From Chiloscyllium plagiosum (lineage: Eukaryota), in assembly GCF_004010195.1 (NCBI RefSeq), contig NC_057718.1, positions 28,035,974 to 28,099,973 on the forward strand: a stretch of DNA of 64,000 bases. The letters are read 5' to 3'. The position numbers and the translations under genes were made by a program. The notes beneath the pieces are model-generated. The model saw only the letters and a program-made list of their open reading frames with translations. It made no database searches and was not told the origin of the DNA. Below are positions 28,615 through 42,297 of this stretch, in pieces. Positions within the stretch are counted from its first letter, which is position 1. Each line of letters begins with the position of its first letter.

Positions 28615-28810
28615 AAAAAAAAACGGATGCTGGAAATCTGAAACTGAAGTGGAAGTTGCTGGAGAACCTCAGCATCTGTGGAGAAAAAACAGAATCACCA
28701 TTTTGGATCCAGAACTCTAAGGGTCATTGGACCTTGAACATTGACTGTTTTCTCTGCACAGATGCTGCTAGACCTGCTGAGATTTGCCAGCAATTTCTGT
28801 TTTTGCTTTG
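28615..28810. mobile_element. Degenerate PLE-type foldback element
   Basis: Imperfect inverted arms (ttgctgg...ctcagcatctgtggagaaaa / ttttctctgcacagatgctg...ctgctgag...ccagcaa); central ggtc attg gacc stem remnant. Confidence 0.55.
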
Positions 28811-29002
28811 TATGTTTTGCTGTCTACTAAAATGGATTATAGAGGACTATTTTATGCTGAAAATACACTTCCAATAATGATACTTCCTGATTAAAATCAC
28901 TTGGTGTTTCTCTTCCTGTGTGAAGAATTTTTAAAGCTTCTTTGAATCTTTGAAGAGACTCAAAGGTTTAAAAATCACATTGTTTAAGGTGTTGATGGTA
29001 GC

Positions 29003-29220
29003 CATGATGTGGAGGTGCCGGTGTTGAACTGGAAGGGACAAAGTCAGAAATCCCAAGACACCAGGCTATAGTGCAACAGTTTTATTTGAAATAACAAGCT
29101 TTCTAAGTGCTGCTCCTTTGTCAGGTGTAGACTTCACCTGATGAAGGAGTAGCACTCTGAAAGCTTGTGATTTCACATAAACCTGTTGGACTATAACCTA
29201 GTGTCATGTTACTTCTGGGA
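29003..29220. mobile_element. Foldback (inverted-repeat) element with hammerhead motifs
   Basis: ~80-bp imperfect inverted arms 29046-29127 / 29135-29218; family members at 34315-34420 and 57441-57620. Confidence 0.85.
29134..29170 (+). ncRNA. Minimal hammerhead ribozyme motif
   Basis: TCAC-CTGATGA-A-GGAGT agc ACTCT-GAAAG-CTT-GTGA: 4-bp stem I, palindromic AGCT stem III. Confidence 0.7.
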
Positions 29221-29243
29221 TTGTTTAATGCCAAGTAGCTTGA

Positions 29244-29429
<186 letters not shown>

Positions 29430-31019
29430 TAACTTTTAATCAAAGTTTGTGTCCACGTAATGTGTAAATAAAATTATTTGATAAATTTTCTTTCCGTTGT
29501 TGTGGTATTACATAATGTGAGAAATGGAATGGTTAGTCTTGAAAGTGAGAAAGGCAACACGATCACTCATATGTGGTTTGTTGTATAAAGACCATGATTT
29601 TGATACAGTCATGACTGGCTTGTGCTAAATGCGTACATTATGTTGAAATTCTTTCCTCTCCATTGTAATAGTTTGTTTTGAATTGTATGTAAAACACTCG
29701 ATGGAAAAAGCTGTTGGCCATTGCTGACTGCAAGCAGTGTGGTTCTGATGGAAGGTATTTTTGATGTGAAACAAGCCTTTTTATTTAAATTCAAATATCA
29801 AATAAATCTGTCACCAAGCCTGATCTATTAAAATTAATGCAATTTAATTGTCAATTTAGAAGGTTTTTGCTTGCCTTCCACCTGTTATCGTTAACAGATT
29901 TTACATGCATGTTTATTTTTTATATTTTAAAAAAACAAAAATATAAAAACAGAATTGAAGTTTTATGGTGCAGATGGAATAATCTTTTCGCACTTTTGTG
30001 TCAAATGGGAAATGAGCTTGTAGATGTTGCTGCTGTGAATTTTCAAGTTTTTTAATATAACTGAGAATATACTCCAGAACAAGCTGGAAACTGGCTTGAT
30101 GTGAAAGTAGCAATTGATTTATAACTGGCACCCATAGCAGTCAGTATAAAATTAATCAAAATGTCTGTAGTTTGCACTTTTGTTTCAAACTTGACAGTAA
30201 GGTGCTACTTTTACTAACGGTGTTTATAAAAAAAGTCGAAGTTTTCCAGCAGGATGGTATTTTATTCACTTCGTCATTTGTTTTCCTTACCCACATGTTA
30301 TAGAGTAATAAATGTTGTTGTGTGCTAACCATTCAGTTGATGCAGGACTAGCTGTGTTGCAGGGTGAATCCCCCTGACCTTTGCTAGTTTCTCAACACCT
30401 CTGGGATGAATGAAGTTAATTAAATGTATTTATACAAATAGAATATTAATTTATGTCGATTGTTTTGGGGCCTGACTTTTAGTGAGAGAAGTTTGTTTTA
30501 TTTAATGCCATGGTTGTGAATTTGTGGATACCTGCAAAACGGTTCTTGTGTAAAATGGAAGGAGGGGCAATATTTGGCAATTCCCATGGAGTGCGAGTTT
30601 AGTACAACTATGCCAGCTGATGTCAAGAAGGAACCTTGAGCTTGCTGGGTGGTTAGAATATCAACGTTCAGATCCATAGACACAGGAGTCCAGGAACTGT
30701 AGGCATCAATGAAATTGACTTTTTTTTAATAAAGGGGTTCCGTTCCACAGTTAGCATTTTCAGTTGTTCCACCAAATGTTGGATCAAGTTTTTCACCCTA
30801 ACCATCACCAAGGTACTTATCTTGACCATCGGATATATATTCATTGTCTTCCTCCCCTACACCACTGGGGACAGGCTCTACCTGGAGCGTAATGGAATTG
30901 GTATTGGATCAAGAAATTTTACCTCAGCTGTGTTTAACTATTTAGGTTTAAAGGTGGCCTGAAGTAGTTGTATAACCTTACAAGTCCAGCTATTTGTAAT
31001 CATTGTCCTTCTTTCATAG

Positions 31020-31127
31020 GCATTGAGATAACAAATCATGCTACAGCTACTCTAGAAAACAATCAGATATTCAACAACCGGTTTGGAGGGTTATTTCTGG
31101 CATCTGGCGTGAATGTTTCAATGAAAG
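31020..31127 (+). CDS. FBXO11: FBXO11 exon ([36 protein letters not shown])
   Basis: tcatag| and |gtataa, 108 nt. Confidence 0.97.
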
Positions 31128-33589
31128 GTATAAAAACATATTATTAAACTTTGCTATTGGAAAACCATTTGATCTTACTGATGGTATAATGTAGATGACT
31201 ATTTATTATCTACATAGAAAAAAAAAGAAAAACTTGCACCAGTAATTATGATTGGAGGAGAGCAGCAGTCTCCCCTAATTGTGCACTGTCACAAATGTCG
31301 CACTACCACTCTATCCATGTAACTGTTTGAAAACTGTATGATTGATGTCTTGGTAATGTTTTATTTGCTGTCTTCCTTCCTCTATCCTTAAAGTAACTTA
31401 GTAAATGCCTATTGGGAAAAGACTCTAATGGAGACTTAACCTTGCAGTGATTCATAATCCCTCTTTTAAAGCTGAATAGCTCACTGACCCATCGACACTA
31501 TCAATTTACTTAACTTTCTTCATGGCAATTAAGGCATGTCTGAAACAATTAATTGACCCCAGGCTGCCTTGAGTTTGTCCTTGAAGCATTGACTGAGTGA
31601 AACACAGTTCCTTCATTTCTCATCCTTACAATTATGTACATGTCCATATGGATTCTCTGCAACAGCAATGCAGCCAGGACCACACCACACCTTTTCCCCA
31701 TAACCTAAAAGTTTTCTCTTCAGATAATTATCCAGTTACCTTTTGAACTTTGTAATTAAATCTGCATCTGCTATACTCTGCATTCCAGATTCTAATGACT
31801 GTGTGTGAAAGTAAATTATCCTCGTGTTGCCACAAAATGTTTTACTAATCGCCTGACATCAGTGTCATCCAGTTCTTGCTAACAGGAATAGTTTTTTTTC
31901 CCCGTGATTAATCTGTCATTTTCTAAATATTTGGAAGTCTTTAAGCTTTGACTCTGCAAATCTGTATATTAGCAATCTAGTCTGGGTTGATTAATGTATC
32001 TCCATGGAGTGTGTGTGTAGCCTTAGACAAACACACCATACCCTATGTGAATGTATAGATTCAACAGCAGCTTTCATGTTCAAACGTACATGCATGAACT
32101 CTGCTCCTCTGAACTGATAACTTATAATGACAGCAAATGCAGACAGTTTTCACCATCATCACTGCAAATCTGATATGATTCCTGTATCAAACCGTATGTT
32201 TAATCTCCCCGAAAAGGTTGCTGTAAGACATTTAATCATGAACTCTTTGGTTTGGAATTTCAGGCTATGTTCTCACTTTCAAGTAGAACAAGCTTTATTA
32301 AAAAGCTTTGAATAATACCAGTTGAGCTGTATGTCAGCTAAAGAAAGAAAAGTGGCTTGAAGGTACTAATTTGGCAGGTTGCCGATAGTTCTATCAGCAA
32401 AGGAGATTAAGTCATGGAGTGTAATCCTTCTGAAGCTACGTTGAGAAACTTATTCCATGATTTTGAGGCATAGAAGTAATTCATGAATGATGGACCACTA
32501 ATGCCCATACATGCAATAATGTTGCATTTAAATGAGTTCTGATAAATTCTGATCTTGTAAGAATGTTGTAACTTATATAGACAGTGCCTGATCACGAGCT
32601 GCTTTGTCTGAATAGAGTTTTTTGTTGGTTGCTTCGAGGTGTGATTTAAGCTTTCTGTGAAACTCTATAATCAGTCAACCTTTGGGTCATTGACTATATA
32701 GATTCATGAGTTTATGCAAAGATTAGATATACAGCTGCCAGTATTCCAATAAGTCAATCCATCCAACTATTTTCTGTAACAATGCTTCATGAGCTCCTGT
32801 CCCAGACATTAACATGGGATTGTATTTCGATTATGGTCATGTAAACTTGTGTGTAGCTTTAGTGACTCCACGAACATATCTAATAGAGGTTGTAAACAGC
32901 CTAAGGAATTAAAATGCATGAGGTCAACCACCTGCAATCCTCCTCCCACAAGACTGCTGTCCACCTAAATTCCTAACTGGTTCCCAAGCTAGCTCATCTT
33001 GTAAATATATCCTCCCAGCTTAAAATCTGTCATCCCCTACCCTTGACCAAACTAGTGCACCATCTCCAACATCCCTATCTTCGCCAAAGTCAGTTTTTGT
33101 GTTGTTGCCTTCTCAAACTTCCCAGAACACTGTTTGAATTCTCCCAAGTTGCATTTCCAACCTGCAATAGCAACAAAATAGCTCTTCTCGAAGTCATATC
33201 TTATGTCCAAGTTAATTGATAACAGATAAGTTTTATCTATTAACTTCTCAGCATTTCTGCAGCATTGGCCAGGGTTTGTTACCACTGCATCTGGTTCCAA
33301 TCTCTGCCTGGCTGCGATTAAGATAGTAGTCAGTTGCAATAGCCTCTCATGCCCCTGCTCTATCATTGGCACCTTTCTATTTATCATCCATATGCTGCTG
33401 TTGAGCAACATGGAATTAGTTTCAGACTAATACCTTCATCATCTCTCTCAACTCCTCCACTGCTGAAATGTTGGACTGCTCAACTGACATCCATACTGGA
33501 CAGGCAGAAATATATTCAAATTAAATATTGGAAAGAAACAGTATTGATTTTGGTTTCCACTCACAATTCTAGTCCCTAGGTAGTGACTT

Positions 33590-34540
33590 TTATGAGGTAA
33601 TGAGCAAGTTGGACATAGGAGACCCAGCGAACATGATCTATTAGATTTCCAGAATGTCTTTGACAATGTGCTGGGGCAAGGTACTGGTATGAACAGAGGA
33701 TTGGCTGACTGGCAGAAGGCAGAGAATGGGGATAAAGGGATCATAACTGGTGACCAGTCGAGTTCTGAAGGGTCAGTGTTGGGACCACAATTGTATGTTA
33801 ATTGGAAAAAGGGACTGAGCACTTTACGGTCAACATGCAGGTTCAATTGGCAGTCACGAAAGCAAATGCAATTCAAGAGGTCTAGAATATAAGAGCAAAA
33901 ATGTATTGCTAAGGCTGTAGAAGGCACAAGTCAAACCACATTTGGAATTTTGAGAGTAGTCTTGAATGTGTAGTGTTGGAGGGTGTCCACATGTTGTTTA
34001 CAAGAATGATACGAGGGATATGAAAGGCTTGTCATGAATAGTTTAGGACTCTCATTCTGTACACAGTGGAGGTAAGGAGGGGAAGAAATCACATTGAAAC
34101 TTACAGAATGCCAAGGGGCCTGGATAGAGTGGACATGGAGATTGTTTCCACAAGTAGGATAGACTAAAAGCCAAGGGCATGGCCTCAATGAAGGAACAAG
34201 TCTTTATAATGGACGTCAGGAATTTCTACAGCCAGAGGGGAGTGAATCTGTGAAGGCCAAATTATTGGTGTATTTAAGACAGATCTTGATTGCTAAGAGG
34301 ATCAAGATTTATTATGTAGAGGTGCTGGTGTTGGACTGGAGTGGACAAAGTTAAAAAGCATACACCAAATAGTCAAATAAACCTGTTGGACTATAACCTG
34401 GTATTGTGGGATTTTAAACCGTGATCAAGAATTTGAGGGAGAAGGTGGCAGTATGGGCTTGAGAAATATATTAACCATGGTTGAATGGTAGAGCAGACTC
34501 AGTGGACCAAATGGTGTAATTCTGCTCCTATATCTTATGG
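33590..34540 (+). mobile_element. Decayed CR1/L2-type LINE 3' part with nested foldback remnant (34315-34420)
   Basis: GSVLGPQL RT motif; 3' end gaatggtagagcagactc...aattctgctcctatatcttatgg. Confidence 0.7.
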
Positions 34541-34935
34541 TGACTTCAACTCTCTCCCTGTCCATGCCTTAACTTAGACCAAGTTCCATTCATTCCTTTT
34601 ATCATGTTTGAGCACAGTTTAAGCAAAGTATTCCCTGAGGGCAATAACTACAGGGCTTCAATTCCACGTCACTGAAAGAATCAAGGGAGGGGGAAAGATT
34701 GTTCAACCATGGAATATCCAGCTAGAAGGTGGTGGAACCATAATTCTGAACAGTTTCTTAAATCCGAATAGCGACTTGATGCCATAACATATTGAGGAAA
34801 TAAGAGCTGTAGTTCTCTCCAGTATTAAGAAAGTCGAAATCTGACCATGTGGGTGAAGGAAGAGCTAATATGCACTCGGTAAAATTCTACTTTAGCCACA
34901 CAATCATATAAACATGGTGCTTTTTCTTCCTTTAA

Positions 34936-35046
<111 letters not shown>

Positions 35047-35143
35047 TAAATTATATGGCTCTTGCATATCTATTTATCTAACAAAAGTGGAAAGCAGCTT
35101 ATTTTAAATAACTTTTAATTTCACCTGTCTTTTCAACCACTAG

Positions 35144-35242
35144 GTGTCACACCTGCAACACGACAGATCGTAATGCAATCTGTGTAAACTGCATTAAGAA
35201 GTGCCATCAAGGACATGATGTGGAATTCATTAGACATGATAG
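35144..35242 (+). CDS. FBXO11: FBXO11 exon ([33 protein letters not shown])
   Basis: cactag| and |gtcagt, 99 nt; UBR box Cys/His residues. Confidence 0.97.
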
Positions 35243-36629
35243 GTCAGTGCTGTATAGGAAACACTGAGTAATTATAGTGTGAACATCATCCATAATTTTC
35301 AGTCTAGGTTGAGGTCCTCTGTGTCACCAGACTGTATGTTGTCACTTGATATATAACACATCTGTCATAGCAGTATTCTTTTCCTTCAAGTAGTAGACAT
35401 GTCTTTTGGGATTTAGCATAGATGGTCACCCATGTGTTTGAAATTTGATATTCAGCTGGCCTGCTATTTCTTTTGGGAAGAAAACCAACGTTACCTCCTA
35501 AAATAAACAGTGATGAAGTAGAATACAATATGTCCATGAGAACACATTTAGTTTTCTTAACTACTGTGTAAATTTGAATTATTTCAAGCTCACTCTAAAG
35601 TGTGGATTCATCACTAGACTTCTAACGTGTACCAAAAGGTAGTTGCTGGAACATCACCACCTTTTGTAAGGTGCTGTAGGAGAAAATTGTGTTATGAAAA
35701 CATTTTGCTATAATGCTGCTAACAAACTAATTAAATGACCATGGCATTTCCAATGGTACCTTATTAGGTGATAATCCTACATTAATATCCAATACACACA
35801 TTCTGTAGTATCTTCAGTCTCAAAACATGTGCAGGTTTAACTGGAGGACATTTGTTCATCTCTTGGCATGAACATATTGCTGAATTAGTCTAACCATTTG
35901 CTTAATACCATGAAGTTATAGCATACTGACAGCATGACAAGCCTAGCCTTGTTCTATTTTCATCTTATTGTCAGTGTAAGGTATAGCAGTGAGTTTCTGC
36001 CCTCTTCACCACCTCCATGACTGAAGGAGGGGTATATGCAGATTCAGTGTAGGTAGTTAGAATAAAGGTAAACAGATTAAGTGGAATTTTTAAAGTTAAT
36101 AACAAGGTTTGTAATTGTAGAATACAAAGTTTACAGCATATACAACTTTAGTCATTGCCTGTTTAGTCCAAAACTTTACTATTACTTCAAATATTTCCTT
36201 TTCCCCGATGGATTCATTGGGCTGTCTCAGCCATCTTTGTTACAAAGGATACTCCTGAACTGTCTGTGATCATTTGAAACTGATCTTGTTGCTAACTTTC
36301 CAGTCCTAAAATCTCTTTTCACCATTCTCACAATTAAAAACTCTGAAATCTTTGTCCCATACCTGGGTTCATCTTGAAGTAGACTGAATGAAGATAATGT
36401 ATTCAACAGCTCACCTGCTTGTGAAATAATTTGTCTTCATCATGGAGAACAAGTTGTTACTGTCACTTTAAATCCATGATCAGCTGAAATGAGCTTGTGA
36501 TTATACAAATTGGATTAAGATCACTGTGCACAAATACACAAAAATGCATTTTGTCATTCATTAAGTTCAGAACAATATATATAGTGGGAATGTTGGTTGT
36601 GCAGCACAGATTATAAAAATCAAATTTAA

Positions 36630-36827
<198 letters not shown>

Positions 36828-37990
36828 GAGTTTGTTTTTCCTGCCATTCTAATCAACAGTAACTCCATTTGTATAAAAAAAAACCTAGGGGGAAATTGTC
36901 ATTTGCCCAAATCTTCAGGAAGAATCTGAATTTGTACAGCTGGTGTGCCTGTGTGGATGGCACTAGAGTCTGAACTCTGGTGTTCTGATAGTGAAGGAGT
37001 AATCTGCTAACTCAGGATCAAGAGAAGGTGCTGGGCATGAATAGCATTATGACAGATTAAACAGCCAGCAGTGGACTACCCAAGGGACAAAATGCTAACG
37101 CTAATTCTGTACCCTAAATGCCAATTTGTGAAGCTGTCTTCTCTGGACAAGTAGCATTGAACCATGGAGCTGACAAGGAAGACTGTTGCTGTTGGAAACA
37201 GCATGCAGAGTGACAGGTGTTCTGCAGCACCTATGGACACTGGGTACTGATTGGGTTGGTGTATGTATGAAAAATGTGATCGAGCACTTCTGCATTTGAT
37301 TTTTTTTAAAAAACGAAACATTTATTCAATGGAGACAACTGATTTTAATGCTTTTCTCATGTAGCTTTTTTTTGTAATTTCAAGCAAAACCTTATTGTAC
37401 TTGAATGTGTCCTGTTTTGTTAGCAGAACTAGAGACTTGCTGTAACTATACTCATGTCCCAGTATCTTATTCTTTCTATGAAAGAGAAAAGATAACACTA
37501 AATCGATTGTATCCCACAACTATTGATTTCAATTACAGAACATAAATATGTTCTTTTTAAAGTTATTTCCAGAAGTCAACATAAGTGCTTTCATGAGACT
37601 GTACAGGGAGGGATTAAGGGAAAGTAAACATCTGAAGTGGTACCAGTATTTGAATTAGATGCCACATCATTAAAACATGCATATTGTTACAAAAGTAACT
37701 TCTGGACAGTGCCATTTTGGTAATGCTTCTTCTCCCTGTAATGAAGCAGCTAGTATATATGTATATATATACACTCAGTCTCCCTTTACTAGCTTTTCAT
37801 TAATGCGTATTGGTGACAGTGGGTAAAATCAACAGCTTGAAAGTGTATGCATGTACCATAACATCCTAGACTTAATATATTGTGGAGCATTCAATAACCA
37901 TTATGTAGATGATAGGTAACAATAAAAAGGGTTTAATTTCCTAGGAAGAGAGTCTTATCATTTTAAAATAAACTTTATTAGAACATAATT
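36828..37990 (+). other. FBXO11: FBXO11 3' UTR (end approximate)
   Basis: AT-rich stretch without obvious repeats after the stop; AATAAA at 37921 and 37967; Pumilio-type TGTATATA at 37760. Confidence 0.7.
37967..37979. terminator. Bidirectional poly(A) signal AATAAA-c-TTTATT
   Basis: AATAAA on + (37967-37972) and on - (37979-37974), 56 nt past the MSH6 stop. Confidence 0.8.
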
Positions 37991-38035
37991 TCAAAAATCA
38001 TGTCTTTGAATTAAACCATACACTTGATACTGTTT

Positions 38036-38117
38036 TCAGATTTCAGCAATCTTCTGCAGTATTGGCTTTAGGGTAAGGAAGTTAATATTTGGGTCTTCAA
38101 CCAAAAAGCACATCTCT
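38036..38117 (-). CDS. MSH6: MSH6 exon 10 (EMCFLVEDPNINFLTLKPILQKIAEI*)
   Basis: cttttcacttccag| acceptor, phase fits exon 9, ends in TGA, 82 nt. Confidence 0.9.
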
Positions 38118-38659
38118 CTGGAAGTGAAAAGAAAAGAGTTTTTGAAAACTTAGTGAAAACATTAAAACTTCAGATATACTACACTGCACTGCACTATAAT
38201 CCACCATTCACTAAGTGAACTAAAAAATCCTCTTTTACTTAAACAAAAGGGTAGCAATTCTATGATTATCCTAACATGGTCAGCCCTGCCTGTGAATGAT
38301 GCCTTTGAAAAGGGAGATATTAAATGAAAACATTTAGCATGTTATGCTGATTGTGTAGAAATTTAAAAGCATAGCATTATATTCTCCCAATTTCTTCACA
38401 TCTAATCCACAGTGGAAAAGTGAACATTATTAGCACTACTGCATCTTAAAAACCAGCTTAGGAAACAGGATATCAACCCTGGAGGTTGAGCTGAGCTCTT
38501 TCCTGACTAATAGAAAGTTACAATTAATTCCTTGGGAAAGTAGTTTTACCACTGTTTCAGCTTGATGAAATTAATGTGTATGCATTATTTGCCCAGTAAT
38601 TAGCAATTCAGATAATTGCAGTTAAGTTAAAACAAGGTTTAATTATTTTCTACACCTAC

Positions 38660-38859
38660 TTGAAAAGTCGGAAGGAAACTGTAGTCTTCTCAAATTCTTT
38701 AGCTTTCTTGTGACCTTTCTGGATAATTTCCTCAGGAATGTTTGCAAGTCTTGCTGCATTAAATCCATAACTTTTCGGACAAGCTCCTTTGATAAATTTA
38801 TATAGAAACGTGATCGTTTCTTGACTTGGATCTTCGCACTCATTCTCAACCATGCAGGC
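38660..38859 (-). CDS. MSH6: MSH6 exon 9 ([21 protein letters not shown]...[10 protein letters not shown]...)
   Basis: ttatag| and |gtaggt, 200 nt; MutS C-terminal HTH region. Confidence 0.97.
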
Positions 38860-39060
38860 CTATAAACAGTCCAGAGAATATTATGGAGTATGTACAAACT
38901 TAACATTTATTTCACTGTACTTATGAAAGAAGTCAATGTCTCTGCTACGCATGCAGGTTTCCATGCCTTTATCACCATGCAGTTGACTTTTGCAACTTTT
39001 CTAACAAAAGACCAGGTCAAAATACAAGTATTCCAACTATATTGAGTGCCATGTGCTTAC

Positions 39061-39215
39061 CATATGTCCTAAACTGACTGCTGTGGAGCAAGAGAAATCT
39101 TCCACAAGGGAATGGTAGTGTGTAGAAAACAAAGTGCGGCACTTGATATTTTCAGCAAGCTCCTTCACTACTGCACTAGCAATCGCAGTGCCGTCATATG
39201 TTGCTGTACCACGGC
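39061..39215 (-). CDS. MSH6: MSH6 exon 8 ([13 protein letters not shown]...LFSTHYHSL...LGHM)
   Basis: ctccag| and |gtaagc, 155 nt. Confidence 0.97.
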
Positions 39216-40862
39216 CTGGAGTAAAAATTCAGAATATTAAAAATTGAGAATGCTTCAGTCATATCTAACAAACTAGCTGACTATATAGTTTGTAAAAGTA
39301 ACAAATTATGAAAAACCTTTCTGGTCTGACTGTCCTAAAGAAGTGCATCTCAAACCTAGATATTTATTTTACTTTACTCAGGTCATTTGCAACAGCAATT
39401 GGGCTCAACATGTAATGTGGTCATCCTCCAGACCAGTTGGTTCCTACCCAAACCATCCCAATTCAGTGAGAGGGATTAGCAAAATGGAGCTAGGACGCAG
39501 AGATTCGACTGGGGGGGGGGAAAAAGCAGTTTCACTGCCCTATGGTTATTAATGACCAGTTAGACAATGTGCTATCCCTCCAAAAACCCTTACCTACAGA
39601 CTATGCCAGGGGTGTGCAACTTTTTTCTAAATGTGAAGAGCCTTAAGAAAATTGCCAAAAATATACTTCCTAGAATTGCAAAAATATATTAAAGTTAGGT
39701 CAGCAAATGCTTTCTCATTTAATACTTTTTAAAGTTTTGTCAGTAAAACCAGCATAAACATTTTCCTAACAAAGACAACTTTCCACACCAGATTAAATTT
39801 CACTGTTAAAAACAATGTTGCAGCCATAAAACTTTAACTATAACCAATGTGTAGACATGACAGTTTTATTAAGCTCAATGCTGTTTTTTCATTAAAATCA
39901 TTTGAAACTGTGAAATTTGATTCTCATGGGAAAATGGTGTTACCTCATTCTCTACCTGGTATTTCTAGTTGTTTTTCCCCCCACACAACAGATAAAGGTT
40001 GGACCTACAAATGAATCATGGTCTCTTCATACAAATATCAAATGGCAACTAATATTCTTCCTGATCTCCCATTGGAACAAAAAAACACCCCACACTGCAC
40101 TGGTGGTGCTACATAAAACAGGAAAGAACATACAGCACACTACAAAACATTTCACAGGAAATGAAGGCAACACTGCAATTTGCACACAAACAATCTAAAT
40201 TGTTTCAGTAATGCCAGGCTGCAGGGTTAAAAAGGGAAATGGCCATCACTGAGCCAAGGATGCCATGTCTCTAGATTTCTAAATATGTATCCCCATTTTA
40301 CTCTACTCACTAATAGCTAGGAAATATTTGTTTGAAATAACTTCAGTAAGACCATGGCAATATTTTCCCCACAAACAGCAGGAAAGGTAAGATTTTGGAT
40401 CTAAAGTGCCAGCTCCCTCTCAGGAGTCCCTATAAAACCCACAATATTTCATTTTGTAAAATAAACAAGATCTGACATTTTACAACTGAAGAAACCAAAT
40501 AAATTCACTAATATGGATTGGAACAGTGATGGATGGATCAGAGTGATCACAAAAGACCTTTTGATGTACTTTCACATTACTGTTTATTCTTATCATTTCC
40601 CCAGATCACCTCTATTGAAAATAACCACAATTCCTCTCCACCTGGATTGCTGGTGACTACAACCAACCAGTACTCAATTCTTGCTTTGCTGTAGCCCCAG
40701 GAAACAAAGAGCAAACACCATTTGAAATGCACAGTGAAAGCATTTTGATTTGTTCTTATGACAGCTCATCAAATTCAAACACAAAGTGGCACCAGCTCCT
40801 TAAACATGTGAGAAAACCATCATAGATTCATCAGATACTTTAAGTATATGCAAAGAAATTAC

Positions 40863-40952
40863 CCAATTCATCCAGAAGCACAAGGGAATGTGGAGTTGCA
40901 TGTTGCAAGATACTGGAGGTCTCACTGAGTTCCACAAAGAAGGTGCTTTCAC
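40863..40952 (-). CDS. MSH6: MSH6 exon 7 ([30 protein letters not shown])
   Basis: tcatag| and |gtaatt, 90 nt; Walker B motif. Confidence 0.97.
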
Positions 40953-41609
40953 CTATGAGAATGAAAGGTTTAATGTTATTTCAGACACTACTGCACATGG
41001 CCCGAGGAGAGGCTTGCTCCATTGTACTTCACTACTTTCTGCACAGCTTTTTCTAGACATTGTGTTGGACCTAAAGATATTTCATCAGCTTTCATCCAGC
41101 AGCTATTTGTGCCAATAAGCTAACTGATCACTATCCCACATGTGTGGAGACCATCAATAAAGTTAGCCTTCGTGAACCGCACCCCAGCCAAATTTCTATT
41201 CGGGTTTTCTGTTGGATATAAACTGAGCTTCCAGAGGATCTGAAAGTTACAGCAATGACCTGGCTACAGCCATGCAATTAAATAATGCAAAAACTTGTGG
41301 CTTAAAATTTGGCCATTTTTAATCCACATACACCCTTAAAGAAGCCAAATATAGATGCGCTTAGATTACTGAAAACTGGTTCTTAACTCCAGATTTTCTG
41401 TTATTAAGACTCAGCAGGGCAGCAGTGCAAGTATAAAATGCAAGTGCTCTGAGCACTTTCACTTAATTGTAATAACGGGTTTATCTTTGTTTTGTACTAA
41501 AAATGCTTAGCTTCAGCAAAAAACTGCAAACATTTGATAGCAATTTGGGCAAAACAATTCTGCACCCTTTTAAAAAAAGGAGTAAATCAATCCCAAAATG
41601 TCATCTTAC

Positions 41610-41727
41610 CTGACATGATTCTATCAGATGCTCCCAGACGTGTGAAAACTCTGTCAACGGGGTTAAATTTGCAGCTCTCTGCAGGCACGTAGCACCCCAG
41701 TTGTGCCAGGATGACCAGGAGGCCAAC
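41610..41727 (-). CDS. MSH6: MSH6 exon 6 ([17 protein letters not shown]...[15 protein letters not shown])
   Basis: aactag| and |gtaaga, 118 nt. Confidence 0.97.
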
Positions 41728-42049
41728 CTAGTTGGGAGGGGGTAAAGAGAAGGGAGTCAGATCCCTGCTGTACGTCTTTCACATCACCCTTCTACGTTCT
41801 ACACCTCAAATGCATTCTGTTGAACCGCTCATCTGTTCTGCTTTTATTCGAAGACCATTCCTCAAACTGCAGGGGAGGATTAAAAACAACTTTTGGTTTA
41901 AAATTCAGCCTTTGTATATACTCTCAACCCAAAATTATAAACTGTGGATTCAAATCGCTAGGTATTACACAGTACTCGCTGCAGACTGACAGCGGATAAG
42001 TCTTGGACTTGAAGCTGAACCACGGCTTCCTCAGCCTCCTTGTTTGGAA

Positions 42050-42270
42050 GTTTAAAAAAAAAATCACATGGCAATATTCTGGAAAAGAGGGAGCCCTCCC
42101 CTCTTTGTTCAGCCAATATTTAGCCTCCAACTAACACTGGAACAAATTCACTGGTCATTACACTGCAGGAGTTTGCAGTGAGCAAGATGATAAGACTAAA
42201 CACTGAAGTGACTACACTTCGAAAAGGTACTTCATCAGCTGATCTAAGTTTAAAGGAGCTAGATAATAGA
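42050..42270 (+). mobile_element. Ancient Deu-domain SINE-like copy
   Basis: aatcacatggcaatattc...agccaatattt...ctggtcattac...agtgactacacttcgaaaaggtacttcat; inverse of 10310-10545. Confidence 0.45.
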
Positions 42271-42297
42271 AATGTGCTGGATGCTGCAGGTTCACAC

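Noticed and set aside
29046..29218. Pre-miRNA hairpin
   Set aside because: Multi-copy repeat family in the window; better explained as a PLE-derived foldback
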